In this document: piece after piece, positions 31,716 to 32,559 of the stretch
How the letters are laid out: each line of letters starts with the position of its first letter
Position numbering within the stretch: position 1 is the first letter of the stretch
Source of the DNA: Phoronis australis
Lineage: Eukaryota > Animalia > Phoronida
Assembly (NCBI GenBank): GCA_002633005.1
Contig: NMRA01000934.1
Coordinates: 62,267 to 94,825 of the forward strand
DNA: 32,559 nucleotides
Reading direction: 5' to 3'
Position numbers and translations under genes: made by a program
The notes under the pieces: model-generated
What the model saw: only the letters and a program-made list of their open reading frames with translations
The model's database searches: none
What the model was told of the DNA's origin: nothing

Positions 31716-32300
31716 AGGAGAATGCCACCGCATTTAATTAGTCTTTTTTGCCGTCTTAATCGGTTTTAGCCACATCGCCTCGCATACGGTTGACCATCAT
31801 CTCCGTGTCTGTGGCCTGCAGTCATCGCGGGACAGTGCCTGACGAATGTCGGCTTACCAAATGACTATCCATACGTTCCGTTGTCTGAGCTTGTTCACGG
31901 CGCCTCTCTAGTATTTCTTCATCACTGTATTCCTGTTCGAACTGATAGCCTGTGATCCACCTGCAAAATCCTCGTCGGGATGAGCTCTCGTCTAATTCGG
32001 GATTGCGAGTTGCCATGTTGGTGTTTATTACTGAGCGTTGTTTCAAAATGAATTATTCTCCCCCTTACAAATACTTATATAAAACTGAAACAAAGTCCGT
32101 CTCATTAGATGAAATTTGTAATGCCTTTGAAGTGTTCGTGAGTGCAAATGATTTGAGAAGTCAACAATGAATAAATCACTGCGTTACCGGCCTTAGGGGC
32201 AATAAAACCTCATTGACGGGACACCAAGGCCGTGTGAGCTCATGCTAAGTCAGTGTTTGCTGACAGAAACTATTGTAAAACAACTCTCGATTTCTATCCC
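31716..32300 (-). mobile_element. Kolobok-like remnant with the N-terminal part of a P2X7-ballast-like (KolX-type) ORF
   Basis: Terminus TTAA|AGGAGAATGCCACC at 31712. Minus ORF MATRNPELDESSS..ITGYQFEQEYSDEEILERRRE..ERM resembles the YQFEPEYSxEE N-terminal motif. The right boundary was not found. Confidence 0.45.
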
Positions 32301-32559
32301 ACGACCATGTGTTAGGGGTATTTTTATTTACATTTTACATTATTCAAATAATGATCGTCAATGTACAACTTCTGCCCTGACGGTTCTGTGGCCAAAGCTG
32401 GGAACCTGAATTCGCGGCCCCCCACGAGCCAGTAAGTAGATTTGCAGTTCCATGGCTAATTCACCAACAATCACATGCACTTTACTTCTTTGGCTCACTA
32501 GTATAGTATTTTCTTGACTGGAAATATGGCTGGTTTATGTTCGTGATGTCTGATCGGTT

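Overview
AT-rich eukaryotic genomic DNA, probably from a bilaterian marine invertebrate (the repeat types fit a lophotrochozoan or invertebrate deuterostome, but the taxon cannot be fixed from sequence alone). The window holds one complete + strand gene, a centromere protein N (CENP-N) homologue. I assembled it by eye from 9 phase-compatible GT-AG exons: 1766-1927, 5227-5272, 9807-9866, 11118-11194, 12882-13043, 16891-16992, 21262-21343, 24050-24174 and 28119-28340 (1038 nt, 345 aa). A cell-cycle-type promoter motif cluster lies upstream. Introns and flanks are full of repeats. There are 3-4 Helentron/HINE-like elements whose internal tandem arrays carry CTCF-consensus-like motifs. A TA-flanked pogo/Tc1-mariner-type element carrying a decayed HIRAN-like ORF is nested in one of them. 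A 5'-truncated RLE-type (HERO-like) LINE has a tRNA-like Pol III module right after its stop codon. The rest comprises two ~600 bp foldbacks, an inverted tRNA-derived palindrome, Kolobok-like remnants, Harbinger-like MITEs, two LINE 3' ends, a 32-bp minisatellite and a CA microsatellite. Family assignments come from recalled motifs, not database searches. Most entries in the six-frame ORF track are spurious.
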